The translations under genes and the position numbers were made by a program. A model generated the notes under the pieces. The model searched no databases and was not told where the DNA came from. It saw nothing but the letters and a program-made list of their open reading frames with translations. From Desulfatiglandales bacterium (GTDB taxonomy: Bacteria; Desulfobacterota; DSM-4660; Desulfatiglandales; Desulfatiglandaceae), in NCBI GenBank assembly GCA_963662465.1, contig OY759599.1, forward strand, positions 8,000,001 through 8,064,000: 64,000 nt of DNA, given 5' to 3'. Shown in pieces: positions 29,412 through 41,100 of this stretch. How positions within the stretch are numbered: position 1 is the first letter of the stretch; each line of letters opens with the position of its first letter.

Positions 29412-30224
29412 TTGATCATAACCGTTATCAACAATAAGGGTGGTACCGGAAAAACAACCACCTCTATTAACCTATCCGCTGCATTGGCAAAGGCAGGGTC
29501 GAACATTTTAGTGGTGGACATGGATTCACAGGCCTCTGCATCCCTGTCCCTGGGGATCAGCAAATCAGATTTGTCTCCGTCAACAGCGGATGTGCTTTTC
29601 AAAAAGAAAGAAATCACGGAAGTCATTCGGCCCACCGCAGTTACAGGCGTCGACATTGTAACGGGTGAGATGGCCCTGGCCAACACGGACCTCATTTTGG
29701 CGAATGCGGCGGGCCGTGAGCAAAGATTGTCTCAAGGGCTGATGCCGGTTCAAGATCAATATGACTTTATAATCTGCGACTGTGCGCCTTCTTTATCCAT
29801 GCTGGCCGTCAATGCACTGTGGGCGGCAGACCGTTATCTGGTTCCAGTGGCGCCTGAATACCTCGCCCTGGAAGGCTTGGTGAGTCTCATGAAAGCCGTA
29901 ACTCAAATGAAAACCGGCATGAATATTCATGCGCAATTGTTGGGTATCTTATTTACCATGGTCAATCCCCGTCTGAAAATAAGCCGGAACATCATCCAGC
30001 TTGTGCGGCAGCATTACGGAAAGGAGGTTTTCAATTCGCAAATCAGAAGGGATGTGAAACTGGCTGAATCGCCGTCATTTAGCCTGAGCATATTTGAGTA
30101 CGCACCGAAAAGTCATGGCGCCATGTCATATGCGGCTTTGGCGGATGAGGTCTTAAAGCGATGCGAAAATGAAAGACAAAAGACAATAAGGAAAGAGAGG
30201 CATGGAAATGAAGAGCAAGGTTGA
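29412..30224 (+). CDS. ParA/Soj-family ATPase (probable chemoreceptor-array positioning)
   Basis: NKGGTGKTT deviant Walker A, DMDSQ, DCAPSL. Confidence 0.9.
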   Translation: MIITVINNKGGTGKTTTSINLSAALAKAGSNILVVDMDSQASASLSLGISKSDLSPSTADVLFKKKEITEVIRPTAVTGVDIVTGEMALANTDLILANAAGREQRLSQGLMPVQDQYDFIICDCAPSLSMLAVNALWAADRYLVPVAPEYLALEGLVSLMKAVTQMKTGMNIHAQLLGILFTMVNPRLKISRNIIQLVRQHYGKEVFNSQIRRDVKLAESPSFSLSIFEYAPKSHGAMSYAALADEVLKRCENERQKTIRKERHGNEEQG

Positions 30225-33200
30225 CGAGAGCATTTTCGAAAGCACGGTTTCCGACCCGGATGAGGCAGTCAAAGCCAAAAATGCGGGTGAAAAAAAGGGG
30301 GCTTCGAAACCGGAAACTCCTTCAGGAAGAGAAAGTGAAGCCCTGGCGGCATGTCAAGAAGCCCTTCAGGAAGCACAGGGCAAAGCCGCTTTGCTGGATT
30401 TGATTCCAACCCCCGTTATGAGCATTGATACGAATTTCAATGTCACTTATCTGAACACGGCTGGTGCTGAAGCCGTAGGGAAGGCGCAGGAATCCTGTAT
30501 CGGGAAGAAATGTTTCAGCCTTTTTAACACCGGTCACTGCAATACAGAGAATTGTCAAGTGGCCAAGGCCATGAGCCGTGATGGCGTTTTTACCTTTGAC
30601 ACAGTGGCGAAGTTGCCTTCGGGAGATTTGCCCATTCGCTATACGGGAGTACCTATCAAACACAAGGGTGAGATTGTGGGGGGACTGGAATATGTCCTGG
30701 ATATCACCAAAGAGATGGCCGTGACGGATGGCGTGCTGGAATTGGTTGAAGCCGCCAAAGGGGGGCGGTTGGACACCCGGGCCGATGCGGAACAATTTGA
30801 TGGGAATTATCGCAGGATTATCGATGGCGTAAACGAGACGCTGGACGCGGTAATCGGCCCGTTAAATGTTGCAGCGGAATATGTTGACCGTATCAGCAAG
30901 GGGGATATTCCGGAACCCATTACCGATGAGTACAAAGGAGACTTCAACGAAATCAAGAACAACCTGAACCAGTGCATCGGTGCCGTCGGGCTGCTGGTTG
31001 AAGATGCCGGCATGCTGGCTGCGGCCGCGGAAGCAGCGGAGTTCTCAACGCGGGCAGATGAATCCCGGCACAATGGCGATTTTCAAAAAATCGTATCAGG
31101 GGTCAACCAGACTTTTGATCTTGTTGCGGACAAACTGTATCTATACGAGTCTTCTCTTGATGCTATTCCTTTTCCCGTATCCGTAACGGACATGAATATG
31201 AACTGGTTGTTTTTCAATAAATCCGTAGCAACCTTGACCGGTCTGAAACGAGAGGAGTTGCTGGGCAAGCCATGCAACAACTGGAATGCAGATATTTGTC
31301 AGACGGAACGTTGCGGCATTCAGATGCTTAGAAAAGGTGATCCTACGAGCTTTTTCAAGCAGCCGGGACAGGATATGGATTTCAGAGTGGACACCCAGTT
31401 TATTCTGAACGGTAAGGGTGAAAAAATAGGGCATATTGAAATCATTCAGGACATTACCGCCGCCAACCGGGTTAATGAATTTCAGAATGAAGAGGTGGCT
31501 CGCCTGGCAAACAATCTGTCAGAGTTTGCCGGTGGGAACCTGGAAATTGACACCTCTGTTTCAGAGGGCAATCAGTACACCACAGAAGTCAGAGAGAACT
31601 TTTTAAAGATCAAGGATGCGGTAGACCAATCCATTAATGCGGTTCGATCTCTTGCGAGTGAGGCGGATATCCTGACCGAGGCAGCGGTTTCGGGCCGTTT
31701 GGACACGCGCGGAGATGCGAGCAAATTCGGTGGCGATTTTGGAAAGATTGTGAGCGGGGTAAACGAGACGCTCGATGCGGTAATCGGCCCGTTAAATGTT
31801 GCAGCGGAATATGTTGACCGTATCAGCAAGGGGGATATTCCGGAACCCATTACCGATGAGTACAAAGGAGACTTCAACGAAATCAAGAACAACCTGAACC
31901 AGTGCATCGGTGCCGTCGGGCTGCTGGTTGAAGATGCCGGCATGCTGGCTGCGGCCGCGGAAGCAGCGGAGTTCTCAACGCGGGCAGATGAATCCCGGCA
32001 CAATGGCGATTTTCAAAAAATCGTATCAGGGGTCAACCAGACTTTTGATCTTGTTGCGGACAAACTGTATCTATACGAGTCTTCTCTTGATGCTATTCCT
32101 TTTCCCGTATCCGTAACGGACATGAATATGAACTGGTTGTTTTTCAATAAATCCGTAGCAACCTTGACCGGTCTGAAACGAGAGGAGTTGCTGGGCAAGC
32201 CATGCAACAACTGGAATGCAGATATTTGTCAGACGGAACGGTGCGGTATTCAGATGCTTAGAAAAGGTGATCCTACGAGCTTTTTCAAGCAGCCGGGACA
32301 GGATATGGATTTCAGAGTGGACACCCAGTTTATTTTGGACGGTAAGGGTGAAAAAATAGGGCATATTGAAATTATTCAGGACATTACCGCCGCCAACCGG
32401 GTTAGTGAATTTCAGGATGAAGAGGTGGCTCGCCTGGCAAACAATCTTTCGGAGTTTGCCGGTGGGAACCTGGAAATTGACACCTCTGTTTCAGAGGGCA
32501 ATCAGTACACCACAGAAGTCAGAAAGAACTTTCTAAAGATCAAGGATGCAGTAGACCAATCCATTGATGCGGTTCGATCTCTTGCGAGTGAGGCGGATAT
32601 GCTGACCGAGGCGGCGGTAGCAGGCCGTTTGGACACCCGGGGAGATGCAAGTAAATTCGGTGGTGATTTCGGAAAGATTGTGAGCGGTGTAAACGAGACG
32701 CTCGATGCGGTAATCGAACCCCTGAATGTTGCGGCGGAATATGTTGACCGTATCAGCAAGGGAGACATCCCGGAGTCCATTACCGATGAGTACAAGGGAG
32801 ATTTCAACGAAATCAAGAACAACCTGAACGTACTTGTCAAAGCCATGAACGAAGTGACTGAAATCGCGGAGGAGATCGCGACGGGCAATCTGATGATCAG
32901 AGTGGAAAAGCGGTCTGAAGAGGATCTGTTGATGATGGCGCTTCAGAGAATGGTTCAGGAACTCACTTCAATCGCTGTAAACGTGCAGACAGCCGCCGAT
33001 CAGGTGGCATCAGGGAGTCAGGAAATCAGCACCAGCGCTCAGGAATTGTCACAGGGCGCTACTGAGCAGTCCGCCAGTGTGGAGGAGGTTTCCAGCTCCA
33101 TGGAAGAGATGAACAGTACGGTTGCCCAGAATGCGGATAATGCCAAAGAAACCACATCAATTGCTGAAAAAGCGGCCATCGATGCTCAGGAAGGTGGAAA

Positions 33201-33906
33201 ATCCGTCTCTGAAACGGTTAAGGCCATGAAGAGCATTGCGGCCAAGATCGGAATTATAGAAGAAATTGCCCGTCAAACCAACATGCTGGCCCTCAATGCC
33301 GCTATTGAGGCAGCCCGTGCCGGTGAACACGGTAAGGGCTTTGCCGTGGTGGCCTCTGAGGTTCGAAAACTGGCGGAACGGAGTCAGACGGCGGCTCAGG
33401 AAATCGGCGATCTTTCCGGTTCTAGTGTTGAAGTGGCTGAAAAGGCGGGCAAGCTGATCGAAGAGATTGTGCCCGGAATTCAGAAGACGGCTGAACTGGT
33501 TCAGGAAATCAATGCATCCAGTGCGGAGCAGGCCGACGGGATTGATCAGGTGACCAAAGCGGTGGAGCAGTTGGATCAGGTCATTCAGCAAAGTGCCGGC
33601 GCCAGCGAGGAAATGGCGTCCACCAGCGAAGAGTTGACCAGTCAGGCGGACCAGCTTAGAGAGGCGGCAGCCTTTTTCAGGGTTGATGACCAGTCTTCTT
33701 CGGACTTTAGGAGGACTCGCTCGATCGGAAAACCCGTCACCAGGTCTCAGTCCCGGAAACCAATGCGTCAAAAGGCATTGCCCGGTGTTGGTAGAACCAC
33801 GGATCGTTCACGGGGCCGGTCTGGAATGTCTTCCGCGCCATTGCGAAAAAAGGGTGTGACGCTGGATATGGAAGATCCTGATGACAGGGATTTTGAGCGC
33901 TATTAG
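30202..33906 (+). CDS. Soluble methyl-accepting chemotaxis protein with PAS and poly-HAMP repeats
   Basis: [37 protein letters not shown]; three PAS domains; C-terminal DFERY pentapeptide. Confidence 0.95.
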   Translation: MEMKSKVDESIFESTVSDPDEAVKAKNAGEKKGASKPETPSGRESEALAACQEALQEAQGKAALLDLIPTPVMSIDTNFNVTYLNTAGAEAVGKAQESCIGKKCFSLFNTGHCNTENCQVAKAMSRDGVFTFDTVAKLPSGDLPIRYTGVPIKHKGEIVGGLEYVLDITKEMAVTDGVLELVEAAKGGRLDTRADAEQFDGNYRRIIDGVNETLDAVIGPLNVAAEYVDRISKGDIPEPITDEYKGDFNEIKNNLNQCIGAVGLLVEDAGMLAAAAEAAEFSTRADESRHNGDFQKIVSGVNQTFDLVADKLYLYESSLDAIPFPVSVTDMNMNWLFFNKSVATLTGLKREELLGKPCNNWNADICQTERCGIQMLRKGDPTSFFKQPGQDMDFRVDTQFILNGKGEKIGHIEIIQDITAANRVNEFQNEEVARLANNLSEFAGGNLEIDTSVSEGNQYTTEVRENFLKIKDAVDQSINAVRSLASEADILTEAAVSGRLDTRGDASKFGGDFGKIVSGVNETLDAVIGPLNVAAEYVDRISKGDIPEPITDEYKGDFNEIKNNLNQCIGAVGLLVEDAGMLAAAAEAAEFSTRADESRHNGDFQKIVSGVNQTFDLVADKLYLYESSLDAIPFPVSVTDMNMNWLFFNKSVATLTGLKREELLGKPCNNWNADICQTERCGIQMLRKGDPTSFFKQPGQDMDFRVDTQFILDGKGEKIGHIEIIQDITAANRVSEFQDEEVARLANNLSEFAGGNLEIDTSVSEGNQYTTEVRKNFLKIKDAVDQSIDAVRSLASEADMLTEAAVAGRLDTRGDASKFGGDFGKIVSGVNETLDAVIEPLNVAAEYVDRISKGDIPESITDEYKGDFNEIKNNLNVLVKAMNEVTEIAEEIATGNLMIRVEKRSEEDLLMMALQRMVQELTSIAVNVQTAADQVASGSQEISTSAQELSQGATEQSASVEEVSSSMEEMNSTVAQNADNAKETTSIAEKAAIDAQEGGKSVSETVKAMKSIAAKIGIIEEIARQTNMLALNAAIEAARAGEHGKGFAVVASEVRKLAERSQTAAQEIGDLSGSSVEVAEKAGKLIEEIVPGIQKTAELVQEINASSAEQADGIDQVTKAVEQLDQVIQQSAGASEEMASTSEELTSQADQLREAAAFFRVDDQSSSDFRRTRSIGKPVTRSQSRKPMRQKALPGVGRTTDRSRGRSGMSSAPLRKKGVTLDMEDPDDRDFERY
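30829..32828 (+). repeat. In-frame 930-bp tandem duplication (about 2.15 copies) inside the MCP
   Basis: 30829-31758 is nearly identical to 31759-32688; partial third copy to about 32828. Confidence 0.95.
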
Positions 33907-33987
33907 ACCGGTTCACCGGTGGATTGAAACATGAAGGATTGGACGTAAAAATGAAGTTTCGTTTCCATTGAAGCACCGGAGGATGTC

Positions 33988-34512
33988 ATGAGTTCAGAAG
34001 AATTAACAGAATCAAACCAGTATTTTACCTTCATGCTGGGCGAGGAGGATTTTGCACTGGAGATCGGCAAAGTTCGTGAAGTGGTGGATTATACCACCAT
34101 TACCAAAGTGCCTCGAATGCCGGAGTTCCTTCGAGGCGTCATTAACCTTCGGGGGAATGTGGTTCCGGTGATCGATCTTCGCCTCAAGCTGGGAATGACC
34201 GCGACGGTCAAGACAGTTGATACCTGTATTGTCATCGTGGAAATAGAGATTGATGGCGATCTTATGCAGGTGGGAGGGTTGGCGGATTCAGTGAAGGCGG
34301 TTATTGATCTGGACCCCGGTCAAATTGATCCACCACCAAAACTGGGGACCCAGTTAAGAAGCGATTTTATTCGCGGCATGGGCAAGCAGGATGAAAAATT
34401 TATTATTATTTTGGAAATTGATCGGATTTTGACCAGCGATGATTTGGATTTGGTTAAAAGCACGGGAGACAGCCCTGAGGAGATCTCAAAAGAACATGGC
34501 TCAGGGCGTTGA
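33988..34512 (+). CDS. cheW: Chemotaxis coupling protein CheW
   Basis: GVINLRGNVVPVIDLR. Confidence 0.95.
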   Translation: MSSEELTESNQYFTFMLGEEDFALEIGKVREVVDYTTITKVPRMPEFLRGVINLRGNVVPVIDLRLKLGMTATVKTVDTCIVIVEIEIDGDLMQVGGLADSVKAVIDLDPGQIDPPPKLGTQLRSDFIRGMGKQDEKFIIILEIDRILTSDDLDLVKSTGDSPEEISKEHGSGR

Positions 34513-34638
34513 ATGTTGATGGTTCAAATCCCGCTGCACAGGGCAGTGGGATTTGGCGATTTTTTGAATAAAAAGCCTTACAAACCGGCGGGTCCGATGA
34601 TGTAATGGGTCGCATGCCTTTTTAAAGGACTGGTTTAA

Positions 34639-35544
34639 ATGAGTGGACACGGACAAGGGCTTATGCAGATGAAAAAAGACTTTTCCCCTAAAAAGGAAAT
34701 GCCTGTCGGAGGACTTTCGGACAACGAATTTCGGCGTTTCAGCGATTTCATCTATCAGCAAGCCGGCATCAACCTTCCTCGGGCCAAAAGAACCATGCTG
34801 AGTGTAAGGCTCAACAAGCGGCTGAAAGTCCTCGGTATACCAACATATCGTGAGTATTTTGATTACGTAACCAGCCGTCCGGGTCAGAAAGAAGAACTGG
34901 TTCAAATGATCAATGTGGTGTCCACCAATAAAACGAATTTTTTCCGGGAAGAAAAACACTTCAACTTTTTATCCTCGGAAGTGCTCCCGAAATTATGTTC
35001 GGGTGGCGGTGTGGCATCAGACAGAAACCTCAATGTGTGGAGTGCCGGATGTTCCAGCGGTGAAGAGCCCTATACGCTCGCCATGGTGCTGGAGGATTTC
35101 TTTGAAAAGAAAAAGGCCGGTTCCTACACCGTTTTGGCAACCGATATTTCAACCCGTGTACTGAGTATCGCGGAAAAGGCTGTTTATCCGGATGAAGTCA
35201 TCAAGCCGGTTCCACAGAAACTCAGACATAAGTATTTAATGCGCGGCAAAGGAAAACAGGCCGGTCATGTTCGGGTGGCGCCCGAATTGAGAAAACCTGT
35301 CACTTTTAAACGGCTGAACCTGATAGAGGGGCGTAATTTTGGAATGAAAAAGATGATGGATGTCATCTTTTGTCGAAACGTGATCATTTATTTTGATCGC
35401 CCAACGCAGATCAGGCTGTTTGAAAAATTTTATCACCAGTTGACTCCCGGCGGGTATCTGTTTATCGGACATTCGGAAACGTTACATGGGATCAATGACC
35501 GGTTTGTGCCTGTTTCCGTAGCGGTTTACATGAAACCCGCCTGA
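34639..35544 (+). CDS. cheR: Chemotaxis methyltransferase CheR (canonical)
   Basis: TNKTNFFRE, WSAGCSSGEEPY, ATDIS, FCRNVIIYF. Confidence 0.95.
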   Translation: MSGHGQGLMQMKKDFSPKKEMPVGGLSDNEFRRFSDFIYQQAGINLPRAKRTMLSVRLNKRLKVLGIPTYREYFDYVTSRPGQKEELVQMINVVSTNKTNFFREEKHFNFLSSEVLPKLCSGGGVASDRNLNVWSAGCSSGEEPYTLAMVLEDFFEKKKAGSYTVLATDISTRVLSIAEKAVYPDEVIKPVPQKLRHKYLMRGKGKQAGHVRVAPELRKPVTFKRLNLIEGRNFGMKKMMDVIFCRNVIIYFDRPTQIRLFEKFYHQLTPGGYLFIGHSETLHGINDRFVPVSVAVYMKPA

Positions 35545-35600
35545 AACCCGCGGCCCTCTATGGGAATTCCGTGTCGTATCGTGAAACCTCGGTGTGAGGT

Positions 35601-36680
35601 ATGGGGAATATGGGCAAGAAAATCAAGGTGTTGATAGTGGATGATTCTGCCGTGGTTCGCCAGAGCCTTGAGGAGATCCTTTCGTCGGATCCGGAAATTG
35701 AAGTCATGGGTACGGCGGCGGATCCATATCTGGCGGCCGGCAAGATGCGAGAGGAGGCGCCCGATGTCATCACTCTTGATGTGGAAATGCCCCGTATGGA
35801 CGGCATCACATTCTTGAAAAAAATCATGAGTCAACATCCCATGCCGGTGGTCATGTGTTCCAGCCTGACGGATGGGAACTGCGAAACAGCGCTGAAGGCC
35901 ATGCAGTATGGTGCGGTTGAAATCATTACCAAGCCTAAGCTGGGGGTTAAAAGGTTTATCGAGGAATCCCGCATAACCCTTTGTGATGCCGTTAAATCGG
36001 CTGCCCGGGCCCGTGTGAAACGGATATCCTCCAAAGAGCAACGGGTCGCGAAAAAACTGACGGCTGATGCCGTGATTGCCGCTCCTCCCGGGAAGGCCAT
36101 GACGCGTACCACGGAGCGAATCGTGGCAGTGGGCGCTTCAACGGGCGGTACGGAAGCCTTGAGTCGGTTTCTGGAAGTTCTACCCCAGGACTGCCCCGGA
36201 ATTGCCATTGTGCAGCATATGCCGGAACATTTTACCAAGGCATTTTCCGAGCGCTTGAACCGTTCCTGCCGCATTCAAATAAAAGAGGCTGTCAGCGGCG
36301 ACAGCATATTACGGGGTTGTGCGCTCATTGCTCCCGGTAATCGCCATATGCTGATTAAGAGAAGTGGCGCACGTTACTATGTGGAGGTCAGGGAGGGGCC
36401 CCTGGTCTGTCGTCATCGTCCGTCCGTGGATGTGTTGTTCCGTTCGGCGGCGAGATACGCGGGTTCAAATGCGGTGGGCGTCATCATGACCGGCATGGGA
36501 GATGACGGCGCACGGGGGATGCTGGAAATGAAACAGGCCGGCGCTTTTACCATTGCTCAGAATGAGGCCTCCTGTGTGGTGTTCGGCATGCCCAACGAGG
36601 CCATCAAGCGGGGGGGCGTGGACGAGGTGGTTGCCCTTGACATGATTCCCTCCAAGGTGTTGAAAGCATGCCGAAATTAG
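35601..36680 (+). CDS. cheB: Chemotaxis response regulator / methylesterase CheB
   Basis: REC plus GASTGG, VQHMP, HRPSVD, TGMGDDG. Confidence 0.97.
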   Translation: MGNMGKKIKVLIVDDSAVVRQSLEEILSSDPEIEVMGTAADPYLAAGKMREEAPDVITLDVEMPRMDGITFLKKIMSQHPMPVVMCSSLTDGNCETALKAMQYGAVEIITKPKLGVKRFIEESRITLCDAVKSAARARVKRISSKEQRVAKKLTADAVIAAPPGKAMTRTTERIVAVGASTGGTEALSRFLEVLPQDCPGIAIVQHMPEHFTKAFSERLNRSCRIQIKEAVSGDSILRGCALIAPGNRHMLIKRSGARYYVEVREGPLVCRHRPSVDVLFRSAARYAGSNAVGVIMTGMGDDGARGMLEMKQAGAFTIAQNEASCVVFGMPNEAIKRGGVDEVVALDMIPSKVLKACRN

Positions 36681-36714
36681 AGGCTATAATTCAAAAACAT
36701 GGAGTGTACTTAAC

Positions 36715-37356
36715 TTGGCGCATGTATTGCCGGCAACAGCATTAAAATCAAAAGGACATGATAAAAAATTCGAGCAAATTGAACCCGAAGTCAAAAGGAA
36801 AAGACGTCGGATACAGATTCATATCGGGGAATACCATGCCAGTGACACGCCCACCTCTATTCATACAACTTTGGGATCATGTGTGTCGGTATGTCTTTTT
36901 GATCCGGGTAACTGCGTCGGAGGAATGAATCATATTTTGATGCCGGGATCGGCGGATATGAATCGGTTCGACACGACAGCACGCTATGGCGTCAATGCCA
37001 TGGAGTTACTGATAAACCGCATCATGAGTCTGGGAGGTATTCGGTCCAGGCTTCTGGCGAAAGTGTTTGGCGGCGCTCATATCCTTCAATCCATTTCAAA
37101 ACAAAACGGTATGGGGCGAAGGAATATTGAGTTTGTTTTTAAGTTTCTTGAAATGGAGAGGATCAGAGTGGTTTCTCAAGAGGTGGGGGGACATGCCAGT
37201 CGAATCGTCTATTTCCATACGGATACGGGAAATGTTTTTTTGAAGCGAAACTATTCAACCCATTATGAAAGTATTGCCACCGAGGAAATTGCCCAATACC
37301 GTCGCATCCAAAAAGAGGCACAAAAAACAGGCGAAATTATTTACTTTGAAGCGTAA
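36715..37356 (+). CDS. cheD: Chemoreceptor glutamine deamidase CheD
   Basis: TTLGSCVSVC, GGMNHILMP, AKVFGG. Confidence 0.92.
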   Translation: MAHVLPATALKSKGHDKKFEQIEPEVKRKRRRIQIHIGEYHASDTPTSIHTTLGSCVSVCLFDPGNCVGGMNHILMPGSADMNRFDTTARYGVNAMELLINRIMSLGGIRSRLLAKVFGGAHILQSISKQNGMGRRNIEFVFKFLEMERIRVVSQEVGGHASRIVYFHTDTGNVFLKRNYSTHYESIATEEIAQYRRIQKEAQKTGEIIYFEA

Positions 37357-37359
37357 TGT

Positions 37360-37698
37360 TTGAATAATGGTTTTAAAATGATTGATCTGTCCAAAATCGA
37401 TTGCTTTGATCTCGATGATATTCCTGAAAAGGGGGCTTTCCTGCTGGCCTGCATTCGTCGTGATCGCCAATATGAGCACTACTGCAAGATTTTGGGAGAA
37501 ATAGAGCGTCGATACGCCCATCTACTGAAGGTAGGCGCACTTGATGAAAAAGCGCTTGAAACCTATCGAAGACTGGGCATTGAAGGAACGCCCACTTTTC
37601 TCATCTTTCAGGACAGGATGGAACTCTCACGAATTTTGGGCCGAACGAATCTGGAAAGGTTGGGCTGTTTAGTTGGAGAAGCCCTTCCCGTTATCTGA
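37360..37698 (+). CDS. Thioredoxin-fold protein without CxxC
   Basis: LGIEGTPTFLIF...SRILG cis-Pro region. Confidence 0.6.
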   Translation: MNNGFKMIDLSKIDCFDLDDIPEKGAFLLACIRRDRQYEHYCKILGEIERRYAHLLKVGALDEKALETYRRLGIEGTPTFLIFQDRMELSRILGRTNLERLGCLVGEALPVI

Positions 37699-37789
37699 AC
37701 GGTTATCTGTACACCCCGATTTCAGGATCAAAGGCCGCATTGAAACAGACGGGTGGAGCAACTGGCCCAGACGCGTTTCGAAAAAGTGA

Positions 37790-37930
37790 TGGCTAACCTC
37801 AGCTGGGATATGACCCGGGGTCGATTTCCAGAGACATTGATGCCTGGCTGGAACTGATTCACCTTGAAGACAGAGGTCAGCTCGAAAACGCGGTTGATCT
37901 GCACCGGACAGCGACGGAGCCTATCCGTAT
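37790..37930 (+). pseudogene. Frameshifted PAS-domain remnant
   Basis: QLGYDPG / RDIDAWLELIHLEDR. Confidence 0.5.
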
Positions 37931-38116
37931 TGGATGCGTTTGGCCTCTTCGATAAGTAGTTAGGGGGTACATAGCGCTACCTAATATTTTGATATTTCAT
38001 GCATTGTGTGTTTTCATTTCAGAAAACATGGCTAATTCGTAAACTCACGCTAGTCATAACCCTGATAGACATTATGCCGTTACGCGTCTTTTTGGTTCGT
38101 TACAGGAGGTTACATC

Positions 38117-41100
38117 ATGAACTCTCATCAGCACAAGAAAGCCGATGCCCTGCGTGAGCGGGCCGAGAAATTGCCGGCCGAATCATCAGACGTCTTGGAT
38201 CCCATGGAACTGACCGACCTCAAGCAAATGGCCCACGAGTTGGTTGCTCACCAGGCTGAACTGGAGTTGCAGAACGAAGAACTGCGCCAAACCCAGTTGG
38301 CCTTGCGGGAAACCAGGGACCGGTTTGCGGCTCTATTTGAGTATGCTCCGGTGGGATATGTTGTGCTTGATTCATCTGGAATCATTCGCCAGGCAAATAA
38401 TACCTGGCGGGTTATGGTGAATCGTGCGGATGAGGATTTCAGGGGCTCCCCATTCGCCGATACCATTTCCCCGGAAGACGCCTCAATATTTCTGGCTCGT
38501 TTTCGCAGCTTTTTCCGTAATCCGGCGAAAAAGCAGATCGTCCTTCGTATGAAGCGAAAGGGCTCTACGCCCTTTCATGCCCAGATTGAAGCCGAGCCAA
38601 AGGCGATCAAACCACACAAGCATACCCCAACAAACGACGAGTTGATGATTATCGTCAGCGACATTACCCATCTGCGGGAAGCGCTCCTTGAGATTGAAAA
38701 TAAAAACGGTGAACTCGGGCAAATAAACGAGCGCCTTGACCATATCAATCGTGTGCTGCTGGCAATCAGAAACGTCAATCAACTCATTGTTCAGGAAAGC
38801 GACCCGAGTCGCCTGATCGACCTTGCCTGTAAGAACCTGACTGAAACCATGGGCTATTTTTGCGCCTGGATCGCATTGCTGGAAAATGATGATACCGCCG
38901 GATTAAAAATGGCAGCATCCGGATTAGGCGGTGGTTTCGAAGCAATACGGGAACGCATTATTGACGGAGAATATCCACCCTGCATGAGACGGGCACTGGA
39001 CCTCGATGAAACAGTGGTTGTGAAAAACCCGAAACTTGACTGTCCTGACTGTCCGCTTTCATCCGAATACGCAGGAAGAGCCGGCTTAATCCGTCGTCTT
39101 TCTCTTGAGGGCAAAACATACGGCATTCTGGCTGTCTCTGTCCCGGAGAATTATGCTTACAGCGAAGAGGAGCAGGGCCTTTTCAACGAGGTGTCGGGAG
39201 ATCTGGCCTTCGCTTTCCACAAGATTGAATTAGCAACACGGCTTGCCGAAAGCCAACGGCGTTATCTGGAAATCTTTGAAAGAAGCCGCGACGGATTTGT
39301 CATGGTGGATAAGGCCGGACGCATCATCGACGCCAACCGGGCCTACTGCGACATGTTGGGTTATTCCCTCGATGAGCTTCGCGCTATGCCTGATTTCTAC
39401 CGGATTACGCCCGAGCCCTGGCGCGAGTGGGAGGCGGAAAAGATATGGGAGAACAAGCTGGTAAGACACGGATACTCGGGTCTTTACGAAAAGGAATACA
39501 TCCGCAGGGATGGCAGTGTTTTTCCGGTCGAATTGCACTCTTACACGGTACGACGAAAGAATGGTGAAATTGAATATCTGTGGGGGACCGCGCGCGATGT
39601 CACCGAACGCCGACAAAGAGAAGAGCGTATCGCCCTGCTTGGACGGATGCTCGACGAAGCGCCCGCTGCCATCACGGTTCACAATAACGATGGGCGTTTT
39701 TTTTACGCCAATCATTACACGGTAAGGTTGCATGGCTATGAAGACGAAAAAGAATTCCTTGCCGTTAACCTTCATGATCTGGATGTCCCCGAAAGCGAGG
39801 CGTTGCTGGCCGAACTCTTCCGTCGGATCGCCGAGACGGGAGAAGCTCGTTTTGAGGTCGCTCATTACCGCAAGGACGGTTCGACCTTTCCCCTGGAGGT
39901 CCTGGCCAAGGCCATCGAATGGCAAGGTGAATACGCCGTCCTCAGCATCGCAGCTGACATCACCGACCGAATACAGGCGGATGAAAGACTTCGACTTGCC
40001 AAAAACCGGCTGGAACTGGCCGCCAATGCCGCCGGTTTCGGCGTGTGGGATTTGGACCTGAAACGAAACATCCTTATTTGGGATGATTGGATGTATCGCC
40101 TGTATGGCGTGGACCCAAAAGATTTCGAAGGCGCATATGAAGCCTGGCAAAAAGGTGTCCACCCGGAAGATGTGGGGCGAGCCGGCAGGGAAGTGGAACT
40201 GGCAATCGCCGGAGAAAAGGAATTCGACACCGAATTTCGTGTTGTATATCCCAGCGGGGAGATACGCCATATTAAAGCCTATGCAATGGTCTCACGTGAT
40301 GGAAGCGGTGAACCGGTTCGTATGACCGGTATCAACTTTGACATTACCGACCGTAAAAAAGCGGAAGATGCACTGAGGGAAAGCGAAATATTTCTTCGGG
40401 AAACGCAGCAGGCCGCCCGCTTAGGTGGGTGGAAAGCTAACCCACTGACCGATGAGCTAAAGTGGACAGATGGGGTTTACGATATTATCGAGGCGCATCG
40501 TAATTACTGTCCCGGCCTCGCTGAAGGCCTCAAGTATTTCTGCCCTGAGTATCTTCCTGTTATCAAAGAGAGGCTTGATGAGTGTGTGAGCGATGGTCAA
40601 TCTTTCTCAATGGAAGTAGAGATTATCACCGACAAGGGAAATAGATGTTGGGTCGAACTGCGAGGCTTTAAAAGGGAAAACAGTCATAACGAACCTGTGA
40701 TTATGGGAACAATCCAGGATATTTCTGATCGTAAACAGGCAGAAGAGGATAAGCAGAAACTCCAGGCCCAACTTCAACAGGCGCAGAAGATGGAAGCCGT
40801 CGGCACTCTCGCCGGCGGCATATCCCATGACTTCAACAACCTTCTTCAAGCCATCGACGGTTACACCGAACTTCTCTTAATGGATAGATCTGAACGCGAC
40901 TCGGACTATCAGTTCCTCAGGATCATTCAAAATGCCGGATCTCGTGCAGCCGATCTTATTCGCCAGCTTCTTTTATTCAGCCGTAAGGCTGAGTCAAATA
41001 AAAGAGCGATAGAACTTCAGCATGAGGTTGGGCAGGCAAAAGGGATGCTGGAGCGCACTATTCCTAAAATGATTGAAATTCAAATTATTACAGGAAACAG

